Part shown: positions 50,080-59,504 of the stretch, piece after piece
Position numbering within the stretch: position 1 is the stretch's first letter
Layout: every line of letters begins with the position of its first letter
Assembly (NCBI GenBank): GCA_963827685.1
Contig: CAWHBU010000004.1
Location: 512,001-576,000 of the forward strand
DNA from: an uncultured delta proteobacterium
GTDB taxonomy: Bacteria; Desulfobacterota; BSN033; UBA1163
DNA: 64,000 bases
Direction of reading: 5' to 3'
Translations under genes and position numbers: made by a program
Notes under the pieces: model-generated
What the model was told of the DNA's origin: nothing
The model's database searches: none
Seen by the model: the letters and a program-made list of their open reading frames with translations, nothing else

Positions 50080-50349
50080 TCAGGCATCTTGCCTAAGCCT
50101 TTTTTCCTTATTCAAATGTTCCTTGATCCACATCCTGAGAAGCGACGTATAGCTCAGGCCCTTGTGTTCAGCAATCTTTTCTACCGATTTGATATCGTCT
50201 GGATCAAGCCTCACTGCGACAGTCCTCTTAGCTCTTCTGACGAATTTTATCCCGGCTTCTTTCGTTTCTCTGTAATAGTCCTGGAAATTATGGCTTTCCC
50301 AGAATCTTGCAGCTTCTCCATCGGTCTTAAATTTTGGTATCTTTTTCAT
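50080..50349 (-). CDS. brnA: BrnA/CopG-family antitoxin
   Basis: IPKFKT..EA..FW..H; RHH V.RL......V...A..KGL.Y..L.RMW. Confidence 0.88.
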   Translation of the reverse strand: MKKIPKFKTDGEAARFWESHNFQDYYRETKEAGIKFVRRAKRTVAVRLDPDDIKSVEKIAEHKGLSYTSLLRMWIKEHLNKEKRLRQDA

Positions 50350-50351
50350 AA

Positions 50352-50633
50352 TTATTTGCCTCTTGTTTTAAAATAGGTCTTCTCCCACTCGCTCATGTCT
50401 CTTGCAGTAATAACCCTGACTTCCCCTTGCCTTATAAATCTGACTACCACAAAAAGAAATCTCCCGGAGTAGGTTTTCCCGAAAACATAATGTAGATTTT
50501 CTCTCCCCGATCTGATAAATGGAATCTCCTCCTCGTTGAAACATACTTCATCCACTTCCTCTGGCCTGACCGCGTGTCTTGCCACATGCTCTATGCTTTC
50601 ATCCGTCCATTTAATAGAGCTTATCGTCCTCAT
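50352..50633 (-). CDS. brnT: BrnT-family ribonuclease toxin
   Basis: W......H...H.V...E..EV, G.T..GR.L.VV, RVITARDM...E. Confidence 0.88.
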   Translation of the reverse strand: MRTISSIKWTDESIEHVARHAVRPEEVDEVCFNEEEIPFIRSGRENLHYVFGKTYSGRFLFVVVRFIRQGEVRVITARDMSEWEKTYFKTRGK

Positions 50634-50796
50634 CTAAATTCCCATAAGCATCCGTGCCATTCCCGGCAATCATCTTAATGATAAACAAACGTATTGCATT
50701 TGTCAATAATAAGCCTTGTTCAGAGACCTGTTATCGATTGCATAATGTCATCGATTGTGCTATCGTATTACGAAATACGCATCGATGGAGGTACTC

Positions 50797-51003
50797 ATGA
50801 AGTCGGTAACCATTTCTCCGAAATATCAGGTAGTCATCCCGCGCGAGGTGAGGGAGTCCATGGAAATTAAACCCGGTTCAAAGGTCCAGGTCCTTTTGTA
50901 TGAGAACCGTATTGAATTGATTCCTATCAAAAACCTGAGGCGGATGCGGGGTTTCTTGAAGGGCATCGATACAACCGTGGAACGTGAAAGAGACAGGGTA
51001 TGA
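50797..51003 (+). CDS. vapB: AbrB/MazE-type antitoxin
   Basis: VTISPKYQVVIP.EVRE; GGAGG RBS; overlaps PIN toxin start. Confidence 0.9.
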   Translation: MKSVTISPKYQVVIPREVRESMEIKPGSKVQVLLYENRIELIPIKNLRRMRGFLKGIDTTVERERDRV

Positions 51004-51389
51004 ACCTCGTCGATTCGTGTGGATGGCTCGAATATTTCGCGGACGCTCCTCATGCCGATTTCTACGCCCCTGCAATCGAGGATGTTGAGAACCTCATTGT
51101 GCCGACCATCTGCATTTTAGAAGTTTTTAAACGGACCCTCCAGCAGCGCAACGAGGACGCCGCACTTCAAGCCATTGCTTTGATGCACCAGGGATTGATC
51201 GTCGATTTGACCTCAAGCATTGCCCTCGATGCCGCAAAGATCGGGGCCCAGCTCAAACTGCCACTTGCCGACAGTGTCATACTGGCCACTGCCCGCACCC
51301 ATGCCGCCGTCATCTGGACTCAGGACGAGGACTTCAGGGGTATCAAAGGCGTCAGGTATATCGAAAAAAGGACAAAGGGCCTCAGGTAA
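51000..51389 (+). CDS. vapC: PIN-domain toxin
   Basis: VDS.GW.EYF, EV, L.LADS.ILATA, WTQD.DF. Confidence 0.92.
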   Translation: MNLVDSCGWLEYFADAPHADFYAPAIEDVENLIVPTICILEVFKRTLQQRNEDAALQAIALMHQGLIVDLTSSIALDAAKIGAQLKLPLADSVILATARTHAAVIWTQDEDFRGIKGVRYIEKRTKGLR

Positions 51390-51529
51390 CCAGGAAATCG
51401 GATAGGGGAATCAGGGACAATTCTCATCTTTACCGACGAAACCACAAGAACTGGGGGCGTGCAAGGAAAGGAGGGGGATAGTTCGACAACCATGATCTTG
51501 TAGTGTATTCTAATGAAAGGAGGTAAGGT

Positions 51530-51748
51530 ATGCGTTCAGTCCTTTCTGTGAGTTTACCCAAAAACATATCGTCCGAACTCGATAAATTCGCAAGGAGCAC
51601 AGGCCGAACCAAAAGCGACATTGTCAAGGAATTGATCAATCTCTACCTCTGGGAGGCACGATTCCGCAGGTTGCAGAAGCGGGTGGGGACGAAGGCCAAG
51701 AAGGCCGACATGGTCAGCGAAGAGGATGTATTCAAGGCCATATCGTGA
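51530..51748 (+). CDS. RHH/CopG-family antitoxin (orphaned)
   Basis: AGGAGG RBS; SVSLP....ELD.......RTKSDIV; overlapping GTG-AAA-GCC-GTT looks like the start of a lost PIN toxin. Confidence 0.8.
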   Translation: MRSVLSVSLPKNISSELDKFARSTGRTKSDIVKELINLYLWEARFRRLQKRVGTKAKKADMVSEEDVFKAIS

Positions 51749-51861
51749 AAGCCGTTGCAATATTTCTTGTGACCTATTGGGTCAAAGCACAGAAAGACAT
51801 CTTCCCGGAGGATGCCGGGTGAAAACGGCTCATTAGATCCCTTTTCTAATTCCTGAATATA

Positions 51862-52002
51862 TTCTGGATATTTCCCAATTCTATCCAGAGTATTCAACAC
51901 TTCGGTAAGAAAGGCGTCGCCGAGTCCGGGGATCTCATAATTGTAATACTCAATGGCATCATCCAGTTCAATCTGCGCGATCTCGAAGAACCGAATCCTC
52001 AT
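51862..52002 (-). pseudogene. Truncated RelE/ParE toxin
   Basis: MRIRF...A..EL.DA..YY.....GLG..F..EV......I..YPE, then unrelated sequence. Confidence 0.75.
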
Positions 52003-52010
52003 CCGTGATC

Positions 52011-52223
52011 CTACTTGTACCTTTCAAGAACTCTTTCCAATGTAACAGCCTTAATCGCCCCGCGTTCGTACGCGTCGATTCGGTTCTCCGCCTCCTTCGC
52101 CCAGAGACCCTCAAGCTCTGCATCCGGCTTATCCAGACTGGAGAGCAGCTTGTCGATTAGCTCCGCTTTTTCTGTAGGTTTCAGGGTTAACGCCTGTTTC
52201 AGAAATTTGTTTGTCGTAGCCAT
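52011..52223 (-). CDS. Addiction-module antitoxin (TIGR02574-like)
   Basis: AL.L...EKA.L...LL.SL.......W..EA..R...Y..G. Confidence 0.85.
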   Translation of the reverse strand: MATTNKFLKQALTLKPTEKAELIDKLLSSLDKPDAELEGLWAKEAENRIDAYERGAIKAVTLERVLERYK

Positions 52224-52884
52224 GTTGCCTCCTTCTACTCATTTAAGTTTACGCTCATTCTCTGTAATCATCAAGTTTTAAGACATCGTGTCAGGTATTG
52301 AAGTGTGAATCAAGCTCGTAGATGATTTCGAGTAATGTTATCTCAGAGACCATCTTCTCGTTCAACCTCACGGACATCTTGCTCAGTATTGTATAAAGTT
52401 ATGAATGCCCCGTTAGAAATAATGCCGCGCTGCAATTTCTAACGGGGTAAACCAAATCTTATCAAAATGAGATAAAAATACAACCAGAATTTTTGGGGAA
52501 TTAGAAGAACAGGGGAAATAGAGGTTCACTCCCCGATCCGTCTTCAATTGGGGGAAAACAGCATCCGTAAACCAGCTGGCAAGATAAATGGTATTCCAAC
52601 CATGGAAATTCGGTGTCAGGCATCGGTAATAAGGTATTTGCTTCCTTTAGGGTTTCAAAGATTCCAGAAAATCAATAAATTCTTGAAGAGGTGCAACCTT
52701 CACCCCATTTTCTAAGGGATAGGACTCCTTAACGGGCGCTATGATCCATGCTTCTTTAATTCTTACTTTGCATATTGGAAGTACAATATCCAATTTACAA
52801 AGATGCAAGTGTTACATTTATGAAGACGGGGGCATGAAGAGCGGGATGTTGGTTTTAAAACAACCTGGCAATTGAGAGGGAAGT

Positions 52885-54351
52885 TCAGAAACCGTTCTTT
52901 CTGCGCACCCGTCCGTATTGAACAAGGGCATACATTGCGCGAGCACACTGTTCTGGTGTGTCGTAAATCGGTATCCCGCCTTCTCTGAGGATGTCTTCCA
53001 TGATATCATGTTCCAGGCGGATAAATCGAAGACAAATAATGGGTTTGTTATATTTCTTCGGCAGCGATGCATAGACCTTTGCCCCCTCAAGGGCAACTTG
53101 AATAGGTTCGGGAAGTGAATCGGAATTCCTATCAATTTTCAGAGAACGATCCCAGATTTGCGGACTGACCGGCACGTTACTGATGACGCCGTCAATATAA
53201 TCAAGCTTGAGCAGCTTTTCTATTATTTCCGCCTCCTGAAGTGCTGTGCGTGAGCTTCCGGCAAAATCGATTGGATTTTTTGCCGGGGGTGCGTGTGCCG
53301 GAAGCAATGCGGTGATACTGGAGGCCGTGTCTGCGTCCAATTCCGGCAGCTCGAGGCCAAGAGAGGAGCAAGCATCTGTTCCGACAACCCCCTGCCCTCC
53401 GCTCCCGAGTATGGCTACCCGGTTACCGTCAGCCAAAGGTAACCCAACAAGTGCCTCGGCCATTTCAAAGAGATGAAAGGACTCATCAACCTGCAGCAAT
53501 CCAATCTGCTTGCACACACCGTCAAAGATCTTCTCAGATCCTGCAATCGACGCGGTGTGTGACAGGGTGGCCCGCGCACCAGCGGCAGAACGGCCACCCT
53601 TATAGACGACAATGGGTTTTTTCTTTATCACCTGGCGGGCGACCGTGAAAAAACGCCTGCCGTCTTTCAGTCCCTCGAGATAGAGCACAATAACCTTCGT
53701 ATCCTCATCGTCTGCAAGGTATTCGAGATAGTCAGATACCTCAAGATCAGCCTGGTTTCCGATACTGATGAATTTGCTCAGGCCGTATCCCTTACTACTG
53801 GCGACCTGTGCCATAGCAACGCCAAAGGTGCCGCTCTGTGAAATAAATGCAATAGGTCCCGCTTTGGGCGCCTGGGGAAAGCATAAACTGAGTTGTCCCG
53901 CGGCGCTCCATATCCCCATGCCATTAGGTCCCACCAGCCTGATACCGCCTGAACGGGCCACCTCCACCATTGCATGCTCAAATCCTCTCCCCTCTTCACC
54001 GACTTCGGCAAAACCGGCGCTTATCACAACGGCCCCCTTGATGCCTTTCTCGATACACTCAGACAAGAGGCCCGGAATGGTTGCCGCCGGCGTAGTCATA
54101 ACGGCAAGATCAATAACGCCCGGCACCGCGGACACGCTGGGGTAGGTAGGAAGTCCCAATATTTCGCCTTTTCCGGGGTTGATGGGGTAAATGGCCCCCT
54201 TGAACCCTGTCTTCAGAGGCCTCTCAACCATCAGGTACCCCCACTTTCTTGAGGTATCCGATGCTCCTATAACGGCTATTGATCTTGGTTTGAAAATGTA
54301 ATCGAGCTCTTCCGCTATCTTCTTTTTCAAGTACGACTCCTCGTTGCGCAA
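52885..54351 (-). CDS. Acyl-CoA synthetase (NDP-forming) alpha subunit / CoA-binding protein
   Basis: P.SIAVIGAS, ISAGFAE, GPNG.G, SQSG, S.GN.AD, SHTASIAG, NPID. Confidence 0.9.
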   Translation of the reverse strand: MRNEESYLKKKIAEELDYIFKPRSIAVIGASDTSRKWGYLMVERPLKTGFKGAIYPINPGKGEILGLPTYPSVSAVPGVIDLAVMTTPAATIPGLLSECIEKGIKGAVVISAGFAEVGEEGRGFEHAMVEVARSGGIRLVGPNGMGIWSAAGQLSLCFPQAPKAGPIAFISQSGTFGVAMAQVASSKGYGLSKFISIGNQADLEVSDYLEYLADDEDTKVIVLYLEGLKDGRRFFTVARQVIKKKPIVVYKGGRSAAGARATLSHTASIAGSEKIFDGVCKQIGLLQVDESFHLFEMAEALVGLPLADGNRVAILGSGGQGVVGTDACSSLGLELPELDADTASSITALLPAHAPPAKNPIDFAGSSRTALQEAEIIEKLLKLDYIDGVISNVPVSPQIWDRSLKIDRNSDSLPEPIQVALEGAKVYASLPKKYNKPIICLRFIRLEHDIMEDILREGGIPIYDTPEQCARAMYALVQYGRVRRKNGF

Positions 54352-54712
54352 GGGGAAAAACCTACAAAAAAATCACTTCTTCAGGAACCCAATCGATTTA
54401 TTGTAACAGATATTGAATTTGGGGACTACCATCCCTCTCCCCCCTGCCTACCGGCAGGCAGGCAAGGGGAGAGGGGAGGGTGAGGAGACTTGAGCATTTA
54501 TCACGAAATTGGAGATGCTTCTTGGAAGGAGAAAATTTGTCGGAAATAGGGGATCTCCAAAAAATCATAAATTGAAAAACAACAGATAGAAGCGGCCCGT
54601 TTATTTCCAGGCGACGGGACCACAAAAACTGGGGGCGGGCAAGGAAACAAAAGTCTTGACATCTTAAAAATCTTTGGTTAAGTATTCGGCAAAACAAGAA
54701 AGGAGGCCTGTT

Positions 54713-54922
54713 ATGGCGTTTTCAACTGATTCGACGTTGGGGGAAATCTTAGATAATGAGAAGGGTAAGGCTGTTTTAGAGAAACACATGCCAGGCGTGT
54801 CGAAGGACCCACGAACGGCCATGGGTCGGGGCATGACTCTGAAGCAGATAGCCGCTTTTATGCCGGGGCAGATCACCCCTGCTCTGCTTCAAGCCATAGA
54901 AGCAGATCTGAAGAAGATATAG
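54713..54922 (+). CDS. Small hypothetical protein
   Basis: AGGAGG RBS; MAFSTDSTLGEILDN..GKAVLEKH.PG; TTGACA upstream. Confidence 0.75.
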   Translation: MAFSTDSTLGEILDNEKGKAVLEKHMPGVSKDPRTAMGRGMTLKQIAAFMPGQITPALLQAIEADLKKI

Positions 54923-55142
54923 AAAAAATACGTCGGCAATTCCTGCCTGCCGGCAGGCAGGAATGCGGACGCTACATCACTTCTGGTGCATACTGATACC
55001 TTGAACGAAACACAGGATCAGCCGGAATTTTTTTGATTGGATGATCTAAATTCGCGGCGGTATGCTCCAGCGATTTGAATACCATCTCCACCTCTTCCGG
55101 CGCACCGTCTTCGGGTTCCCACTCCCCTTTTCGGACTTCGGC

Positions 55143-55880
55143 CTAAAAAAAGGATGGCATCGATTTTTTTTCTCGGTAGATCTTTTCCATCTTAATCAGA
55201 GTCTCACCAAACTCAACGGTATGCTTTCCCATTTCCGTAGTGGCAGCCTTGGCGTCACCTGCCAAAACGGCCTCGACGATGGGACGGTGCATCCCTGCCG
55301 GATGCATGAAGTGTGGGTCAGGCTTTACCGCCTCTACGACCTTCCTTGTTAATCCCATCGCAGATTTGACAAGGGCCTCAAAAAAGCGATTGCCGCACAT
55401 CTCAGCCAGAATGAGATGCACCCTTTGCTTCCTTTCCACGTCTACGGATAAGGATGGTATAGGGAGCTCTTCGGCCTCCAAAGCGTCTTTCAACTGTTGC
55501 ATGTATTCCGGGGTAACATTTAAGGCTGCCAATCGGGCTACCTCGGGTTCTACAAGAATTCTCAGCTGATGCATTTCGGGAATGGAGATCTTGTTTGCCA
55601 TAAACAAGTCCAAGAAGGTCTTGGCCAAATTTTCGAAGGTCAGATCGGTCACATAAGCACCGCCATTTGCCCCCTGCCGGGTCACTAAAAATCCCGAATT
55701 CTCCAATGCCCGGAGAGCCTCTCGAATGGCTACACGACTCACCCGAAATTCTTCTGCGAGGCTTCGCTCTGCGGGCAGTTTATCTCCGGCCTTGAAATGG
55801 CCCTGCAGAATGGATTGTTTGAGCTGTTCGACAATTTCCTCTGAAACGCGAAGCTGGCTGATAGGCCTAAATCTGGCCAT
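55143..55880 (-). CDS. FadR/GntR-family transcriptional regulator
   Basis: GDKLPAER.LA..F.VSR..IREAL..LE..G; FCD domain. Confidence 0.93.
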   Translation of the reverse strand: MARFRPISQLRVSEEIVEQLKQSILQGHFKAGDKLPAERSLAEEFRVSRVAIREALRALENSGFLVTRQGANGGAYVTDLTFENLAKTFLDLFMANKISIPEMHQLRILVEPEVARLAALNVTPEYMQQLKDALEAEELPIPSLSVDVERKQRVHLILAEMCGNRFFEALVKSAMGLTRKVVEAVKPDPHFMHPAGMHRPIVEAVLAGDAKAATTEMGKHTVEFGETLIKMEKIYREKKSMPSFF

Positions 55881-55923
55881 TTTTCCTCCTTTGGAGTATG
55901 AGATATCAAGGATAGATATTTTC

Positions 55924-56075
55924 GGTCTGTCCCGAATTTATCGCTGGATAAGAGTCAAAAGAGATCTTTGGAGTAATAAGCAGTATTGAACTCCATGTGG
56001 CTCTTCGCTAAATAGAGGGGCATGATTTTCGAGAAGAGCATACTGACCGTCTCTTTAACAAATTCGGGACAGACC
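55924..56075. mobile_element. MITE-like element (~150 bp)
   Basis: 16-bp perfect terminal IR ggtctgtcccgaattt / aaattcgggacagacc. Confidence 0.6.
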
Positions 56076-56087
56076 CAATATTTTTTC

Positions 56088-56121
56088 TTGACAAATATTG
56101 ATTGGTCTAATATTATACCAA
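56088..56121 (+). promoter_or_regulatory. Sigma70 promoter overlapped by a FadR-type operator
   Basis: TTGACA (56088)-17-TATTAT (56111); TTGGT-N10-ACCAA inverted repeat 56102-56121. Confidence 0.6.
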
Positions 56122-56171
56122 CCGATTTGTTATTTCAAGATTTTTTTGGGACGTAGGATCTTTAGTAAATT

Positions 56172-57674
56172 ATGAATATTTCAAATAACTTAGAAAGTGC
56201 TGCATTCTATTTCCCTAACCGCCCAGCACTCAGCGAAGCTGGACGCGAGATCACATATTCGGAATTCAATGATCGGGCTAACCGGATAGCAACCGGACTG
56301 ATCGCCTTGGGAGTGAGACCCGGCGACCACATTGGTCTTTTAGCTCCCAACTCAACAGATTGGCTTATTTTCTACTTCGGGGTGCTGAAAGCAGGAGCCG
56401 TGGCCGTAACTTTTTCCAGTCTTCTCACCCCAGATGAAATGGCTTTGTTGATCAACCACTCAAAGCCGAGGTTTCTTTTTACTTCTGGGGAGAAACTCAA
56501 TCTTCTGCAAAACTTAAGAGGAAGAGCGGGTCTGGAAAAAGTGATTTGTCCGGGTGGTGATTTGGAGCTTCGACAATTGATGGACATGGGAACGGGTTCC
56601 TTCAAAGCACTGGATCGGGACCGAACAGAAACAGCTGCCGTCCTTTATACCGGAGGCACGACAGGAACCCCCAAAGGGGTCATGCTGACCCATGAGAACA
56701 TCAACGTTTCAGCCCACAATGTAGCCTTCAGTGAGCACTCTACCGAGGCCGACCGGGCTCTCTGTTTTCTTCCCTTCAACCACGTATTTGGCCAGATGCA
56801 CATTATGAATGCCACGATCCTAAGTTGCGGATGCTTGGAGATTCTTCCCGGTTTTGATCTGGATCGGGTTTTGGAGACCACGCAGGCCCGCCGAGTCACC
56901 AAACTCTTTGCCGTACCGACAGTCTATGCACGTTTGCTGGGTCTGGATGGACTTATACAGAAACTGGGCATTGTCCGCTACTGCTTCTCCGCAGCGGCCA
57001 GCATGGCCGCAGAAATCGTCCGGCAATGGAAAGAGCGGACCGGCCTCACCATTTATGAAGGCTACGGGATGACGGAATCCGCCTCTGCAGTGACTTATAA
57101 TCATTATTATCGCCATGTCATAGGGTCCGTAGGAACCGCAGTGCCCGGTGTGGAGGTTCAGATCAGAGACAAAGATGGAAATAAGGTGGAACAGGGGCAG
57201 GAAGGTGAGATCTGTATTCGTGGGCACAATATCATGAAGGCCTATCTTAATAATCCGGAGGATACGCAGTCCGCCTTCTGGGACGATGTTTGGTTTAGAT
57301 CCGGAGATGTCGGTCACCTTGACAGGGATGGCTACCTCACCATTGTGGACAGAATCAAAGACATGATCATAACCGGTGGCGAAAATGTTTATCCCCGCGA
57401 GGTTGAAGAGGTTCTTTACACGAGACAGGAAGTAGAAGGATGCGCAGTGGTAGGCATTCCAGATAGAGAGTGGGGGGAACGGGTAACCGCTTTCATCACG
57501 CCAAGGCCCGGACAGAAAATCGTTCCGGAGCAGTTGAAGACTTTCTTAAAGTCCCGTTTGTCGCCCTTCAAGGTTCCCAAAGAGTATATCGTAGTGAACG
57601 AACTACCTAAGAGTCCTGCAGGCAAGGTCCTAAAACGTGAGTTGAGGAAGCAGTACCTGGAGCGCTCCAAGTAA
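56172..57674 (+). CDS. Long-chain/aryl acyl-CoA ligase (AMP-forming)
   Basis: YTGGTTG.PKG, EGYGMTE, SGD, DR.KD.II.GGENVYP.EVE, PKS..GK. Confidence 0.93.
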   Translation: MNISNNLESAAFYFPNRPALSEAGREITYSEFNDRANRIATGLIALGVRPGDHIGLLAPNSTDWLIFYFGVLKAGAVAVTFSSLLTPDEMALLINHSKPRFLFTSGEKLNLLQNLRGRAGLEKVICPGGDLELRQLMDMGTGSFKALDRDRTETAAVLYTGGTTGTPKGVMLTHENINVSAHNVAFSEHSTEADRALCFLPFNHVFGQMHIMNATILSCGCLEILPGFDLDRVLETTQARRVTKLFAVPTVYARLLGLDGLIQKLGIVRYCFSAAASMAAEIVRQWKERTGLTIYEGYGMTESASAVTYNHYYRHVIGSVGTAVPGVEVQIRDKDGNKVEQGQEGEICIRGHNIMKAYLNNPEDTQSAFWDDVWFRSGDVGHLDRDGYLTIVDRIKDMIITGGENVYPREVEEVLYTRQEVEGCAVVGIPDREWGERVTAFITPRPGQKIVPEQLKTFLKSRLSPFKVPKEYIVVNELPKSPAGKVLKRELRKQYLERSK

Positions 57675-57799
57675 TATTGGCGAAGATGGGTTAGGCCCGA
57701 TCCGCGGGCGAGTGTGATGATAGGGTGATCTTTCCGTCACCATGCAGATTAAGGCGGGAAATTTGAAGAACCAATGTTGAATTTCTTACGGAGGCCGGT

Positions 57800-59332
57800 G
57801 TGAATCTTGCGCAGAACCTTGAAGTCTCAGCCTTCCTCTTTCCTGAGCGTCCTGCCATCAGAGAACGCGGGATTGAGATGACTTATGCTCAACTGAACGA
57901 TCGGGCGAACCGGGTGGCCACCGGCCTCATCAAAATGGGAGTTAAGCCGGGTGACCATATTGGCCTCTGTGCTTTGAACTCCGCCGACTGGATTGGCTTT
58001 TACTTCGGTGTGCTCAAAACGGGAGCGGTCGCGGTTACTCTGTCCGGGGTTCTCACCGGTGATGAGCTGGCGAATCTCGTCAATCACTCAAAACCACGAC
58101 TTATCTTCACGGTTGAAGCCAAGCTGAAGGACCTGGAGAAATTGAAGAGTTCGGGAGGGCTTGAAAAGGTGATTTGCCCAGAGGGTGACCTGGACCTTCC
58201 GCACCTCATGGAGATGGGATCGGGATCGTTTAAGGCAATCGAAAGGGACCGAATTGACACTGCCGCTATTCTTTATACTGGCGGCACAACGGGTATCCCA
58301 AAAGGGGTGATGCTGACCCACGAGGGCATCAATTTTTCCAGTCACAGCATAGCCTACTACGAGCGGTCGACTGAGAATGACCTTGCCGTCTGTTTTCTGC
58401 CCTTTAACCACGTCTTCGGCCAAATACACATCATGAATGCAACGATTCTGAGTGTCGGCTGCCTGGAGATCCTGCCCGCCTTCGACTTGGAACGAATCTT
58501 GGAAGCGATGGAAGCAGGCCGGGTAACGAAGTTCTTTGCTGTGCCTACGGTATATGTCCGACTCTTGACCCTTGATGACTTGAGGAAAAAACTGGGGAGA
58601 CTTCGCTACTGCTTTTCGGCAGCGGCCAGTATGGCGATGGAAATCGTCAAACAATGGAAAGAGCGCACAGGGCTTACGATCTCGGAGTCGTACGGGCTGA
58701 CAGAAGCCATGCCTGTATCCTACAACCACTATTATCATGATAGGCACGTTGTTGGATCAGTGGGTCCCCCGGTCCATGGGGTGGAAGTCCAGATCAGGGA
58801 TAGGTCAGGGAATCTTCTGGAACAGGGAGCAGAAGGCGAGATATGCGTACGAGGTCGTAACGTCATGAAAGGCTACCTGAATAACCCCGAAGGAGACCGC
58901 TCCGCGTTCTGGAAGGGCGACTGGCTCCGCACCGGCGACATCGGTCTGTTTGATCCGGACGGCTATCTCTACATCGTGGATCGACTTAAGGACCTCATTA
59001 TTACGGGGGGCGAGAACGTCTACCCTCGCGAGGTGGAAGAGCAGCTCTATGCGCGGCCGGAAGTAGAGGAGTGTGCGGTCATAGGGCTTCCCGACAAGGA
59101 GTGGGGCGAGCGCGTGACCGCCTTCATCGTGGGGAAACCAGGTCATCCTATTGTCCCTGAAGAGTTAAAGTCTTTTCTGAAGTCCCGTTTATCCCCCTTC
59201 AAGGTGCCCAAGGAGTATGTCGCGGTGAGCGAGTTTCCTAAGAGCCCTGCGGGTAAAATTCTGAAACGTGAGGTCAAAAGGCGGTTTCTCGAGGGGCCGT
59301 GCAGCCCGGGACGGGAAAACAGAGGTAGGTGA
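57800..59332 (+). CDS. Acyl-CoA ligase, tandem paralog
   Basis: Same motifs; GGAGG RBS with GTG start. Confidence 0.93.
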   Translation: MNLAQNLEVSAFLFPERPAIRERGIEMTYAQLNDRANRVATGLIKMGVKPGDHIGLCALNSADWIGFYFGVLKTGAVAVTLSGVLTGDELANLVNHSKPRLIFTVEAKLKDLEKLKSSGGLEKVICPEGDLDLPHLMEMGSGSFKAIERDRIDTAAILYTGGTTGIPKGVMLTHEGINFSSHSIAYYERSTENDLAVCFLPFNHVFGQIHIMNATILSVGCLEILPAFDLERILEAMEAGRVTKFFAVPTVYVRLLTLDDLRKKLGRLRYCFSAAASMAMEIVKQWKERTGLTISESYGLTEAMPVSYNHYYHDRHVVGSVGPPVHGVEVQIRDRSGNLLEQGAEGEICVRGRNVMKGYLNNPEGDRSAFWKGDWLRTGDIGLFDPDGYLYIVDRLKDLIITGGENVYPREVEEQLYARPEVEECAVIGLPDKEWGERVTAFIVGKPGHPIVPEELKSFLKSRLSPFKVPKEYVAVSEFPKSPAGKILKREVKRRFLEGPCSPGRENRGR

Positions 59333-59504
59333 ACGGCCACGAAAGGCTGCTGAGGCCGTAAATCACGCGGCGAATGCCGGAAAAAAAACAGACGGAGAAA
59401 TTTCGGTTGTGAGGGCATACTATTTGTAATGATTAAAGGACAAGATAGGGGGTAGAGGATTAGAGACAGGCAATCCTGTCCAACAAATGCACAAGGAGGT
59501 GTCT

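Larger units (their letters stand above)
48590..52499. repeat. Second dispersed repeat, 4 copies of CAAATCTTATCAAAATGAGATAAAAATACAACCARAATTTTT(GGGG)
   Basis: Copies at 48590-48631, 49341-49388, 49864-49911, 52453-52499. Confidence 0.85.

Noticed and set aside
51643-52002. 119-aa full-length ParE toxin as given in the ORF track
   Set aside because: Only the first ~47 aa are ParE-like; the rest is read-through into unrelated DNA antisense to the RHH gene.
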